Shown: in pieces, positions 29,073 to 38,033 of the stretch | Numbering within the stretch: position 1 is the first letter of the stretch | Layout of the letters: every line of letters begins with the position of its first letter | Source of the DNA: Nannocystis bainbridge | GTDB taxonomy: Bacteria; Myxococcota_A; Polyangia; Nannocystales; Nannocystaceae | DNA: 64,000 nt | NCBI RefSeq assembly: GCF_028368995.1 | Contig: NZ_JAQNDL010000002.1 | Location: 737,724 to 801,723, forward strand | Direction: 5' to 3' | Notes under the pieces: model-generated | The model's input: only the letters and a program-made list of their open reading frames with translations | What the model was told of the DNA's origin: nothing | The model's database searches: none | Translations under genes and position numbers: made by a program

Positions 29073-30779
29073 TCAGAGGTCGAGGAGCTCGCGGCAGGCG
29101 GCGGCGGTCCGGCTCACGGTGCCGCGGTCGGTGCCGAACTGCAGGCCGGCGGCGGCGAACAGGTCGGGCAGGCGGGCGCGGGCGCCGAGGCCGAGGGCGC
29201 GGCGGAGGTCGGCGACGGCGGCGGCGGGCTCGGCGAGGGCGCGGCGGTGCAGCTGGACGGCGCCGAGGCCGGCGATCGCGTACTCGATGTAATAAAAGGG
29301 CAGCTCGAACACGTGAAGGCGGCGCTGCCACAGGGCAGCGCGGTCGGCCTCGAGGCCGCTCCAGTCGACGCCGGGGCACAGGCGCTCGTGCTGCGCTCGC
29401 CAGGCGGCGTCGCGGGCCCGGCGATCGCGGGCGGCGTCGGGGTGGGTATAGACCCAGTGCTGGAAGGCGTCGATGGCGGCGGCGAGCGGGAGGAACAGGA
29501 CGAGCTGTTCGAGCTGGTGGCGGGCCGCGAGGGCGCAGGTGTCGGCGTCGTAAAAGGCGCGCAGGTGAGGGGCGGCGAGCAGCTCCATGCCCATGCCGGC
29601 GACCTCGCAGAATTCGATCGGCGGGCGGCGGTTCCAGATCAGCGGGTCGGCGGCGCAGGCGAGGGCGTGGAAGGCGTGGCCGCCCTCGTGGAGGACGGTG
29701 AGCAGGTCCTCGTGGCGGCCGACGGCGCCGGCGAACACGAACGGGAGGCCGCTGGCGTGGAGGTGGACCTGGAAGGCGCCGACGGCCTTGCCTGGCCTTG
29801 ACATCATGTCCAAAAGGCCATGTTCGGCGAGGCGGGAGAACTGGCGGGCGAACTCGGGGTCGACGGCCTCGAAGGCGCGAGCGCAGCCGGCGACGAGCTC
29901 TTCCTCGCGGGTGAAGGGGGCGAGCGGGCCGCCGGTCATGACGGCGAGGTCCCACGGGCGCAGGCCGGCGAGGCCGAGCGAGGCGGCGCGGCGGCGGAGG
30001 ACCCGAGCGGCGAGCGGGCCGAACTCGGCGGCGATGGCGTCGTGAAGGGCGAGGCAGTCGGCGGGGCCGTAGGCGAGGCGGTCGAGGCGGCGGAAGCGAT
30101 AGGCGCGGTAGTCGGGCAGCTCGGCGGCGGCGGCCTGGGCGGTGCGGTTGTCGAGGAGGCGGTCGAACAGGTGATCGAGCTCGGGCTTCACGGCGCGAAA
30201 ACCGGCGGCGACGGTGCGCCAGGCGGCCTCGCGGCGATCCCGGTCGGGTTCGTCCTCGCCGCGCTCGACCCGGGCCAGCGGGACGTCGGCGCCGTCCCAG
30301 TGGAAGCGCATGCCAGCGCGCAGCTGGCCATAGGCGGCGCACAGGTGCAGCTCGGCGGCCTCGAGCGGGACCAGGGCGGGGCGGTAGAGGTCGGCGCGGT
30401 TGCGCAGGACGGCGAGGGCGCAGGCGTGGCCGGGAGGCAGGCGCGCGGCGGCCGGATGAGCGGCAAGTCGTTGTGCGAGGGCGTGGCGCAGCGGCTCGCA
30501 GGCAGGACCGAGGACGTCGACGTGGACGTGCCAGGCGCGCGCGGCCTCGAGGTCGTCGGCGCTGCAGCTGGTCTCGATCTGCCGCCGCGCCTGGACCTCG
30601 GCGAGGTGACTCTCGAGCTCGGACCAGTCGCGCAGCCACTGCCCCAGAGTCCACGGGTCGTCGAGCGGCAGGGGTCGCTCGCCGAGCTCGCCGTAGCATG
30701 CCTCGAGGTCGGCGAGCCGATCGAGGCGCACGCCGGCGGGCAAGTAGCGCCGCGGCGGCGGCGGGAGCGAGCCAAACAC
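29073..30779 (-). CDS. M3-family oligoendopeptidase (PepF-like)
   Basis: 568 aa. HEGGHAFH zinc-binding HExxH motif at the conserved position, with the downstream E expected of the M3B family. Confidence 0.8.
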   Translation of the reverse strand: MFGSLPPPPRRYLPAGVRLDRLADLEACYGELGERPLPLDDPWTLGQWLRDWSELESHLAEVQARRQIETSCSADDLEAARAWHVHVDVLGPACEPLRHALAQRLAAHPAAARLPPGHACALAVLRNRADLYRPALVPLEAAELHLCAAYGQLRAGMRFHWDGADVPLARVERGEDEPDRDRREAAWRTVAAGFRAVKPELDHLFDRLLDNRTAQAAAAELPDYRAYRFRRLDRLAYGPADCLALHDAIAAEFGPLAARVLRRRAASLGLAGLRPWDLAVMTGGPLAPFTREEELVAGCARAFEAVDPEFARQFSRLAEHGLLDMMSRPGKAVGAFQVHLHASGLPFVFAGAVGRHEDLLTVLHEGGHAFHALACAADPLIWNRRPPIEFCEVAGMGMELLAAPHLRAFYDADTCALAARHQLEQLVLFLPLAAAIDAFQHWVYTHPDAARDRRARDAAWRAQHERLCPGVDWSGLEADRAALWQRRLHVFELPFYYIEYAIAGLGAVQLHRRALAEPAAAVADLRRALGLGARARLPDLFAAAGLQFGTDRGTVSRTAAACRELLDL

Positions 30780-31357
30780 GCGGGCGAGGGTAGCACCGCG
30801 GAGGGCCCACGCTGGTGGTCCGCGGAATCGCTCGGGGGGTGCGGCCCCACGTCGAGGTCGCCGCCGAAATCAGGCTGGTCGAAGGGACAGGTCCGTCGTG
30901 GCGCAGGCCGCGGGTGACGACGCCGATCGTGCGGTCGTTGTCGTCGTCCCACGGGCGACCGGGCAGGATCGCCAGGCGTCGCCGTCGAGGGTGCCGAGCA
31001 AGATCCGCAGCACGGTCTCCGGTCGTCGGATGACGGCGAGCAACTCGGGGACGCTGTGGCGAGCGCTGTGGTGAAGCACCGTCGCTCGCGGCTCCGGGCG
31101 GAGCGGGACCTCTTGCAGGAAGATCCGCGGGGCCGGCACTTGGCGGAGACGTGTGGGCCGAGCGCTGGCGCTTAGCGACCTGGTCCTGGGTACAGGCGAC
31201 GCGGAGAGGCTCGGCGATCCATCCGGTGCGGTGGTCCGCGGGTGGAGAGTGGGCGGGCCTGAGCTCGTGCTGCTCGGGCCCGACATGCACGACGGCGGGT
31301 GGGCGCCGCCCGCCCGATCGTTGCGGGCCCACGCGACGCGATGGTCTCGCGGCGCGG

Positions 31358-31720
31358 CTACTTGTGATTGAGGCCGAAGTACGCGGCGAGCAGGCCGAGC
31401 AGCGGCGCGACGATCCAGAGGACGCGACCGGCTCCGGGCTTGCGGGCGAGCAGCGCCGGGGCGGCCGCGAGGCAGATCCACGCGAGCAGCTTGGGGTGGA
31501 CCCAGCCGGGCATGGCGCCGCCGTACTTCACGCCGAGCATGCCGAAGCCGGCGGCGACGATGAGCAATGTTCCGACGCCGTGCGTGGCGGAGACCAGGCC
31601 GCGCGCGGGGTTGGTCTCACGCGTGCCACCGGCGATGCCATGAAACGCGAGGCCGCCGAGGCCCATAAAGAGGAGGACGATGCCGAAGATGTGGAGGACC
31701 AGGAAGAGCTCGTAGGACAC
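31358..31720 (-). CDS. small integral membrane protein (4 TM), function unknown
   Basis: 120 aa. MSYELFLVLHIFGIVLLFMGLGGLAF... and three further hydrophobic helices. Not Arg-biased. Confidence 0.5.
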   Translation of the reverse strand: MSYELFLVLHIFGIVLLFMGLGGLAFHGIAGGTRETNPARGLVSATHGVGTLLIVAAGFGMLGVKYGGAMPGWVHPKLLAWICLAAAPALLARKPGAGRVLWIVAPLLGLLAAYFGLNHK

Positions 31721-31796
31721 GGCGGCGCCGAGCCTCGCACGCCTCTGCGCGATTTGACAAGCTCGCCCCGGCCCGAAGGCTGATACACTCGCCGCG

Positions 31797-32582
31797 ATGT
31801 CGATCCAGGGCTACAGCGCATCGGAGTTCACCCACGAGGGCGTCACCAAGACGGTCTATCGGCGCGGGCAAGGGCCCGGGGTCATCATCATCACCGAGGT
31901 CCCTGGCATCCACGAGGCGGTGGTCGCGTTCGCCAACCTGGTGGCCGACGCGGGCTTCACCGTGGTCCTGCCCGACCTGTTCGGCGAGCCGATGAAGCCG
32001 GTGTCCGGCGGCTACCTCGCCAGCACGATGCTCAAGCTGTGCGTGAGCAAAGAGTTCAAGCTGCTCGCCGGCCACGAGTCGAGCCCGATCACCCACTGGC
32101 TGCGCGGCCTGGCTCGCGCGCTGCACAAGGAGCTCGGCGGCAAGGGCGTCGGCGCGATCGGCATGTGCCTCACCGGCAACTTCGCGCTGTCGATGGCGGT
32201 CGAGCCGTCGCTGATGGCGCCGGTGCTGTCGCAGCCGGCGCTGCCGCTGCCGGTCGGCAAGGCTCGCCGCGGCCAGCTGGCGATCGCGCCGGACGAGCTG
32301 GCGACGGTCAAGCGCCGGGTCAAGGACGAGGGCCTCAAGGTGCTCGGCCTGTGCTTCACCCACGACGGCAAGGTCCCGCGCGAGCGGTTCGAGACGCTGA
32401 AGCGCGAGCTCAAGGAGGGCTTCGAGGCGATCGAGATCGACTCGGGCCCGGGCAACGCCCACGGCATCAAGTCGTCGGCCCACAGCGTGCTGACGGTCGA
32501 CCTGGTGCGCGAGACCGGCCACCCGACCGAGCAGGCGCTGCAGCGGACGCTGTCGTTCCTGCGCGAGCGGCTGCAGGCGTAG
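31797..32582 (+). CDS. dienelactone hydrolase family protein
   Basis: 261 aa. GAIGMCLTGNFAL nucleophile elbow (C-x-x-G in place of G-x-S-x-G, as in DLH). DLH-like length and spacing. Confidence 0.75.
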   Translation: MSIQGYSASEFTHEGVTKTVYRRGQGPGVIIITEVPGIHEAVVAFANLVADAGFTVVLPDLFGEPMKPVSGGYLASTMLKLCVSKEFKLLAGHESSPITHWLRGLARALHKELGGKGVGAIGMCLTGNFALSMAVEPSLMAPVLSQPALPLPVGKARRGQLAIAPDELATVKRRVKDEGLKVLGLCFTHDGKVPRERFETLKRELKEGFEAIEIDSGPGNAHGIKSSAHSVLTVDLVRETGHPTEQALQRTLSFLRERLQA

Positions 32583-32604
32583 GGCGCAGGGCGCACGAGA
32601 ACGC

Positions 32605-32700
32605 GGGGGCATGTCCGAAGGGGCATGCCCTTTTGTTTATGCCCGATCGGCCATGTTCGTTCGGACATGCGCTTGCGAGCATGTCCTGAAGGTCATGGCC
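32605..32700. repeat. cluster of palindromic repeat units (GGGGCATGTCC GAAGGGGCATGCCC ... CGGACATGCGC ... GCATGTCCTGAAGGTCATGGCC) between convergent genes
   Basis: It runs from the stop of the dienelactone hydrolase gene to the stop codon of the minus-strand PepSY_TM gene. It contains GGGCATG....CATGCCC inverted repeats. Confidence 0.7.
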
Positions 32701-33274
32701 CGCCGGACAGGGTCACGTAGACCACGGGGACGGCGATCCCGAGCAGGACCAGCAGGCCGCCGCGACCGAGCAGGCCCTTGCGGCCGGGCAGCATGAACAT
32801 CCCCGAGGCGGCGAGGAACAGCAGGAACACCGCGTAGCTGTCGGCGACGAAGGTCCAGGCCTGCTTGCCGCGGTTGAGGTGGAGCCAGTTGGCGATCCGC
32901 AGCAGCAGGCGGGGGCGCTGGCCGTCCTCGGCGACGACGCCGCTGTCGAGGTCGACGTGGAGGGTGCTGCCGTCGAGGAGGATCGAGAGCTCGCGCGCGT
33001 CGCTGCGGTAGACCTCGGTCGGCGGCACGGTGATGGCGAGCGCGGCGAGCACCGTGTCGGCGGCGGCGCGGTCGTCCTCGGGCAGCGGCACGGCGACCTG
33101 GTGGCGGGCCTCGTAGTTGTGGAAGTTGGGGTCCCAGTCGGCGATGTGATTGACCGCGAGGCCCGACAGCGCATAGACGAAGGTCAGGCCGACGGCGACG
33201 TAGCCGATGTCGCGGTGGAGGGCGCGCAGCCACGGCCGCCAGCGAGCCGGACGCCGGCGCTCGGGCTCAGGCAT
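32693..33274 (-). CDS. PepSY-associated TM helix domain membrane protein
   Basis: 193 aa. WLRALHRDIGYVAVGLTFVYALSGLAVNH resembles the PepSY_TM N-terminal helix; three further TM helices. The 5' end overlaps the upstream molybdoenzyme gene by 8 nt. Confidence 0.6.
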   Translation of the reverse strand: MPEPERRRPARWRPWLRALHRDIGYVAVGLTFVYALSGLAVNHIADWDPNFHNYEARHQVAVPLPEDDRAAADTVLAALAITVPPTEVYRSDARELSILLDGSTLHVDLDSGVVAEDGQRPRLLLRIANWLHLNRGKQAWTFVADSYAVFLLFLAASGMFMLPGRKGLLGRGGLLVLLGIAVPVVYVTLSGGP

Positions 33275-33989
33275 AGCGCTCTTCCTTCCACGGGTCAGCG
33301 TGGTTGTGGTAGCCGCGGGTCTCCCAGTAGCCGGGCTCGTCGCGGGCGACGAACTTGATGCCGGTCAGCCACTTGGTGCTCTTCCAGAAGTAGAGGCCGG
33401 GGACCATCGCCCGCACCGGGCTGCCGTGCGGGCGCGCGAGCGGCTTGCCGGCGTGGCGGTGGGCGACCAGGACGTCGGGCGCGAGCGCCTCGCCCAGCAG
33501 GACGTTGGCGGTGTAGCCGTGGGCGCCCTCGAACACCACGTGGCGCGCGGTCTTCTTGAGACCAGCCTTTTCGGCCAGGTGACTGACGCGCACGCCCTTC
33601 CACGCGGCGCCGAGCAGCGACCAGCCGGTGACGCAGTGGACGTCGGCTTCGATCTCGGTCTGCGGCTCGGCGAGCAGGCCGTTCCAGTCGAGCTCGAACG
33701 GCTTGTCGACCTCGCCGTAGATCTTGATCTTGACGTCGGCGGGGCTCGGCGAGCCAGGGACGCCGCCCATGGGCCGCAGCGCCTCGAGCACGCGCTGGCC
33801 CGGCGGGAGGCGCGGGCGACCGTCGGCGAGGGTCATGGCCTTGGCCTCGCCCGTGAGGCGGTCGCTGAGCACCCACAGCATGCCGCCGCCCATGGCTGCG
33901 ACGACGGTGCCACTGGCGGCGCGGGACAGGAAATCGCGCCGGTTCATGGCGGCGAGGGCGGCGGGAGGCAGCGGGCGCGAGGCGGGCAT
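33267..33989 (-). CDS. molybdopterin-dependent oxidoreductase (sulfite-oxidase fold, MsrP/YedY-like) with Tat signal
   Basis: ATG 33989 preceded by AGGAAGG. Tat motif NRRDFLSRAASG. Moco-binding core HCVTGWSLLGAAWKGV (Cys ligand). 240 aa. Confidence 0.75.
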   Translation of the reverse strand: MPASRPLPPAALAAMNRRDFLSRAASGTVVAAMGGGMLWVLSDRLTGEAKAMTLADGRPRLPPGQRVLEALRPMGGVPGSPSPADVKIKIYGEVDKPFELDWNGLLAEPQTEIEADVHCVTGWSLLGAAWKGVRVSHLAEKAGLKKTARHVVFEGAHGYTANVLLGEALAPDVLVAHRHAGKPLARPHGSPVRAMVPGLYFWKSTKWLTGIKFVARDEPGYWETRGYHNHADPWKEERYA

Positions 33990-34032
33990 CGTGGGACCTT
34001 CCTGCTCGGGCAACGCGGGCCGGCGGCGAGTG

Positions 34033-34437
34033 TTACGCCGGCCCGCGGACGCGTAGCCGCAGCGTACCGTCGACGGCCTGGGTGGTGTCGACGGTGAGAC
34101 CGGCGGCTGCCGCCGCGGCGCGGACCCGGGCGGCGGCGAGCGCCTGGGTGAGCGGGGCCACCAGGCGCTCGGCGAGGACGGCGCGATCGTGCTCGCCGCA
34201 CACGAGCACGAAGGTGGGGCCGGCGGCGCGCAGGCCGAAGTCGCCGACGGCCGCCAGCGTGCCGGCAGGCAGGCGCAGGTCGACCGGCTCGCCGGCGCAC
34301 TCGAAGTTGCCCTCGAGCATGAGGCCGCCGGGGATCTCGGCGACTTCGGCGCGGAGGCCCAACTCGGCCAGCGCGGCCTCCAGGTCAGCCCGCGCCAGCT
34401 CGCGGGCGCCGAGGTCGAGGCGGACGTAGCGGCTCAT
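34033..34437 (-). CDS. hypothetical protein
   Basis: ATG 34437 (MSRYVRLDLGARELA...). 134 aa, no recognisable motif. Its start overlaps the stop of the small zinc-ribbon ORF upstream. Confidence 0.4.
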   Translation of the reverse strand: MSRYVRLDLGARELARADLEAALAELGLRAEVAEIPGGLMLEGNFECAGEPVDLRLPAGTLAAVGDFGLRAAGPTFVLVCGEHDRAVLAERLVAPLTQALAAARVRAAAAAAGLTVDTTQAVDGTLRLRVRGPA

Positions 34438-34616
34438 GGCTGGCTGTCCTTCGGGGCATGACACAAAGGACAGGTCGCCTCGGCGTCGAGCACGAGCCAG
34501 CCGCAGCGCGCGCAGACCGTCGCGGACGTCGGCGGGGGCAGGTCGGCGACGTCGGTCGGCTCGTCCAGCGCGGGCAGCTCGAGCTGCTGCTGGGCGAGGT
34601 TGCGGGCGCGGGCCAC
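34434..34616 (-). CDS. possible small zinc-ribbon protein (60 aa)
   Basis: CARCGW...CPLCHAP has two Cys pairs. GTG start with no good RBS. Its stop overlaps the ATG of the downstream gene (ATGA). Confidence 0.3.
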   Translation of the reverse strand: MARARNLAQQQLELPALDEPTDVADLPPPTSATVCARCGWLVLDAEATCPLCHAPKDSQP

Positions 34617-34714
34617 GACGGGAGGCTGACCTGAGCGGGCCAGCCTTGCAAATTCTCGCCCGACGCGCGCGCCCGAACCCGGGCAGGGGCGCGCTCAGGG
34701 CCGCGCAGGGCGGC

Positions 34715-35449
34715 TCAGGGGCGGGGCGGGGCGGCGGGCTGGCCGGCGAGGCCCTCGGTCGCCCACAGGACGGCGAGGCGGCGCAGCTGGTGCGCGCTGT
34801 GGGCCCCGAGCTTGAGCTTGAGGTTGGACTGGTGGGTCTCGACGGTCTTGATCGAGATCTTGAGCGACTCGGCGATGTTGCGGGTGTCGTGCCCGCGGCC
34901 GAGCAGCTCGAACACCTCGAGCTCGCGGTCGCTGAGGTTCTCGATGCCGGTGCCGGCGCGCGGGCGGGAGACCATGGCGTTCAGCATCGTCTCGGCCAGC
35001 TGCTCGCTCACCGCCAGCTCGCCCTTCAGCGACTTGCGGATGGCGCCGACGATCCGCTCGGCCGGCACGTGCTTCATCAGGTAGCCGTGCGCGCCGGCCC
35101 GCAGGACCCGCTCGCCGAACAGCTGCTCGTCGTGCATCGACAGCACCAGCAGCTTGAGCTCGGGCCAGGCGGCGCGGATCTGCTTGATCAGGTCGATGCC
35201 GCTGCCGGTCTTGAGCGAGAGGTCGACGACCGCGAGGTCGACGGGCTTCTCGCGCAGGATGGTCAGGGCGGCCTCGGCGTCCTCGGCCTCACCGACGATC
35301 TCGAGATCGGCCTCGGCTCCGAGGAGCTGCGCGAGGCCGAGGCGGAAGATCGGGTGATCGTCGACGAGGAGGACCCGCGCCGGCGACGAGGGCTGGTCCG
35401 CGGGTCCTGTTCCTTGAGACAGGGGAATGGTCGGCGGCTGCACGGTCAT
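34715..35449 (-). CDS. two-component response regulator, NarL/FixJ (LuxR-type HTH) family
   Basis: REC domain with VLLVDDHPIFRLGLAQLL...DLAVVDLSLKTGSGIDL (phospho-acceptor Asp). C-terminal LSDRELEVFELLGRGHDTRNIAESLKISIKTVETH LuxR HTH. Confidence 0.85.
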   Translation of the reverse strand: MTVQPPTIPLSQGTGPADQPSSPARVLLVDDHPIFRLGLAQLLGAEADLEIVGEAEDAEAALTILREKPVDLAVVDLSLKTGSGIDLIKQIRAAWPELKLLVLSMHDEQLFGERVLRAGAHGYLMKHVPAERIVGAIRKSLKGELAVSEQLAETMLNAMVSRPRAGTGIENLSDRELEVFELLGRGHDTRNIAESLKISIKTVETHQSNLKLKLGAHSAHQLRRLAVLWATEGLAGQPAAPPRP

Positions 35450-35728
35450 AATGAGCGCTCGTACAGTATCCCATAGCCGTGATCACAGTGTCACGCACCT
35501 GGAGCCCGCAGGTCGGGTGGGACCCTGGCGCGAAAATTCCCACAAGCCTCGCAGCAGGTTTGGCGGTGCGAGTCACGTTCGCTCGCGACATCGTGCTCGC
35601 TTGAATTGTGTTCAACAACACGCTCCGCGCACCACCGTTCACCGGTTCACGTCGGGCGATTGCAGGCTTTGTGCACACATTGCGTGACCATGGGTCACGC
35701 ATGAAATTGGAACTAAAAGACAGGTCCC

Positions 35729-37225
35729 TCAGGCCCGCCGGGCCGCAGCGGTCGCCCATGCCCGCAGGGCCGCGATTTCGCCGGCACGGCTGTGACTGAG
35801 CGGGATCGTCGCGGAGAGCGCGCGAGCGAGGTCGTGGCGCGCGAGGGGTCGCGACTCGGCGAACGCGTCGAGCCGAGCTTCCACGATCGCGCCCTCGATC
35901 TCGGCGCCGGACAGTCCGTCGGCCGCGCGTACGAGGTCGACCAGGTCGGGCAACGGATCAGCGAGCACCGGGGCGGCGCCCATGTGCGAGCGCGGCGCAT
36001 GTTCGAGATGGATCTCCGCGATGGCGGCGCGTTCGTCCGCGTCCGGCACATCGACAAAGAAGATCTCGTCGAGCCGCCCGCGACGGGTCAGCTCGGGCGG
36101 CAATCGCGTGACCTGGTTGGCCGTGGCGACCACGAACACCGGCCGCCGGCGCTCCTGCAGCCACGTGAGCAGCCCGCCGAGCACGCGCGCCGCGGTGCCC
36201 GCGTCGCTGGCACCACCGTCGCTGCCGGCCAGGCCCTTGTCGAGCTCGTCGATCCACAGGGCGACCGGGGCGATGCGCTCGACCGTATCGGTGACGCGGC
36301 GCAGGTTGGCCTCGCTCTCGCCGAGGGTGCCGCCGTAGAGCCGCCCGGGCTCGAGGCGCAGCAGGCCGAGGCCGAGCGCGTGGGCGCAGACGCGGGCGGC
36401 CAGGCTCTTGCCGCAGCCCTGCACGCCGACCAGCAGGACGCCGCGCGGGTCGGGGATGCCGGCGGCGCGGGCCTCGGGGCGGAGCGCGAGGGCGCGGCGG
36501 GCCAGCCACTGCTTGAGCTGCGCGAGCCCGCCGAGCATGTCCGAAGCGACAGGTTCGACGCGCTCGAGCAGACCTCCGCGTCGCAGCAGCTCGGCCTTGC
36601 CCGCGGACAGCTCGGCGAGCGCGCCGGGGTCGTCGGCGACGTGGGCCGCGCGTCGCAGCAGGCGCCGCGCCTGGTGCTCGGACAGGCCGAGCGCGGCGTG
36701 GGCCAGCAGCGGGGCCCGGCTCGCGAGCGCGATCGCGGGGCCAGGACGGCCGGCGATCCGCAGCTCGTCGGCGAGGTCGGCGGCGAGGCCGGCGAGCTCG
36801 TCGGCGTCGGGCAGCTCGAGCTCGACGAGCTCGAGCTCGGGGATGGCGACGACGGCGCCGGCGAGCTCCCCGACGACGACGACGGCCGGGCCGACGCTGC
36901 GCTGGGCGAGCTCGCGGAGGGCCCGCAGGGCGACGGGGTCGAGCGGGGGCGGATCGAGGAGCACCCACAGGCCGGGGTCGGGGTCGCGCAGGAGGCCGCG
37001 CAGGAGCTCGACCAGCGGCTCGGGGGCGCCGAGGCCGTCGCGCCCGCCGGCCGCGCTCCAGGTGTGCACCGGCCAGTCGAGCCGATCGCCGACGTCCTCG
37101 CACAGCCGCACCGCCCGCGCCTCGTCGACGGCGCGCAGCCCGAGGCCGCGCGCGCCGGCCTGCAGCGCCTCGCGCAGGCGCTGCCGGGCGCGCGCGAAGG
37201 GGGTGTCCTTCGGGTCATGTCTCAT
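35729..37225 (-). CDS. AAA-family ATPase with ~250-aa N-terminal domain of unknown function
   Basis: Walker A GVLLVGVQGCGKS, Walker B ALWIDELD, sensor/second region of homology VVATANQVTRLPPELTRRGRLDE. The first codons (MRHDPKD) are encoded by a palindromic repeat copy, so the start is uncertain. Confidence 0.7.
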   Translation of the reverse strand: MRHDPKDTPFARARQRLREALQAGARGLGLRAVDEARAVRLCEDVGDRLDWPVHTWSAAGGRDGLGAPEPLVELLRGLLRDPDPGLWVLLDPPPLDPVALRALRELAQRSVGPAVVVVGELAGAVVAIPELELVELELPDADELAGLAADLADELRIAGRPGPAIALASRAPLLAHAALGLSEHQARRLLRRAAHVADDPGALAELSAGKAELLRRGGLLERVEPVASDMLGGLAQLKQWLARRALALRPEARAAGIPDPRGVLLVGVQGCGKSLAARVCAHALGLGLLRLEPGRLYGGTLGESEANLRRVTDTVERIAPVALWIDELDKGLAGSDGGASDAGTAARVLGGLLTWLQERRRPVFVVATANQVTRLPPELTRRGRLDEIFFVDVPDADERAAIAEIHLEHAPRSHMGAAPVLADPLPDLVDLVRAADGLSGAEIEGAIVEARLDAFAESRPLARHDLARALSATIPLSHSRAGEIAALRAWATAAARRA

Positions 37226-37320
37226 GGAGCATGTCCCTCGGACCCTGTCATCCGCGCGGCGAACCGGGTGTCCTTCGGGTCATGTCTCATGGAGCATGTC
37301 CCTGGGACCATGCCATCCAC
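37201..37320. repeat. tandem duplication (2 x ~59 bp) of a palindromic-repeat-containing unit GGGTGTCCTTCGGGTCATGTCTCATGGAGCATGTCCC[T/-]GGGAC...
   Basis: Near-identical copies at 37201-37260 and 37261-37320. Copy 1 contains the AAA ATPase start codon. Copy 2 encodes the last 13 codons (…AWMAWSQGHAP) of the upstream hypothetical gene. Confidence 0.75.
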
Positions 37321-38033
37321 GCGGCGAGCAGGTGGCCCTGGGCGGCGACCGAGACCGGGCCGTCGTCGGCGAAGCAGAAGCCGTTCAGCCACAGGCGGGC
37401 GCCGCGGAGGCGGGCGAGGCGGCCGTGCAGCAGCGCGAGGTCGCCGGCGCAGGCGCGGGCGAGGGCGGCGCGCGGGCGGGGCGGGAGCGTGTCTGGCCAA
37501 AAGGACAGGCGGTAAGCGGGCTTGCCGTCGACGCGGAGGACGTCGAGCCGCAGCGCGCCGCTCGGATCGGCGGCGACGAGCTGGGCGCGGCGCAGCAGGT
37601 CGGGGAACGGTCGCGCCCGCGAGCCGCGGAAGTCGAGGGCGAAGAACACCGGCGCGGCGGCGGAGCCGGGGAGGGCGCGGGTGAGGCCGCGGGCGAGGGC
37701 GCGAGCGACCGCCTCGAGCGCGCCCGGGACCTGGGGCAGGGTCAGGAGGCCGGCGGTCGCGGCGGGCGTGCCGGCGGCCGCCAGGGCGGCGACGACGGCC
37801 CGCAGGCGGCCGGGGGCGCGCGGGCCCAGGGCGACGAGGCGAGCGACCGCGAGGTCGTCCGGCGCGTCACGGGCGAGCAGGTCGTCGAGCTCGCGCAGGG
37901 CCTCGGCGGCGTCGCCGACGTCGGGCGGGGCGGAGGGCACGAGCCAGAGGTGCGGGGCGGGCTCGTCACGGGCGCGGTCGAGGGCCGCGAGGGTGTCCGA
38001 TGGGACAGGTCCGTCGGAGCCCCGACCGCTCAC
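37287..38033 (-). CDS. hypothetical protein
   Basis: 248 aa. Its ATG at 38033 overlaps the smpB stop. Ala/Leu-rich with no motif. The C-terminus reads into the tandem repeat. Confidence 0.4.
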   Translation of the reverse strand: MSGRGSDGPVPSDTLAALDRARDEPAPHLWLVPSAPPDVGDAAEALRELDDLLARDAPDDLAVARLVALGPRAPGRLRAVVAALAAAGTPAATAGLLTLPQVPGALEAVARALARGLTRALPGSAAAPVFFALDFRGSRARPFPDLLRRAQLVAADPSGALRLDVLRVDGKPAYRLSFWPDTLPPRPRAALARACAGDLALLHGRLARLRGARLWLNGFCFADDGPVSVAAQGHLLAAWMAWSQGHAP

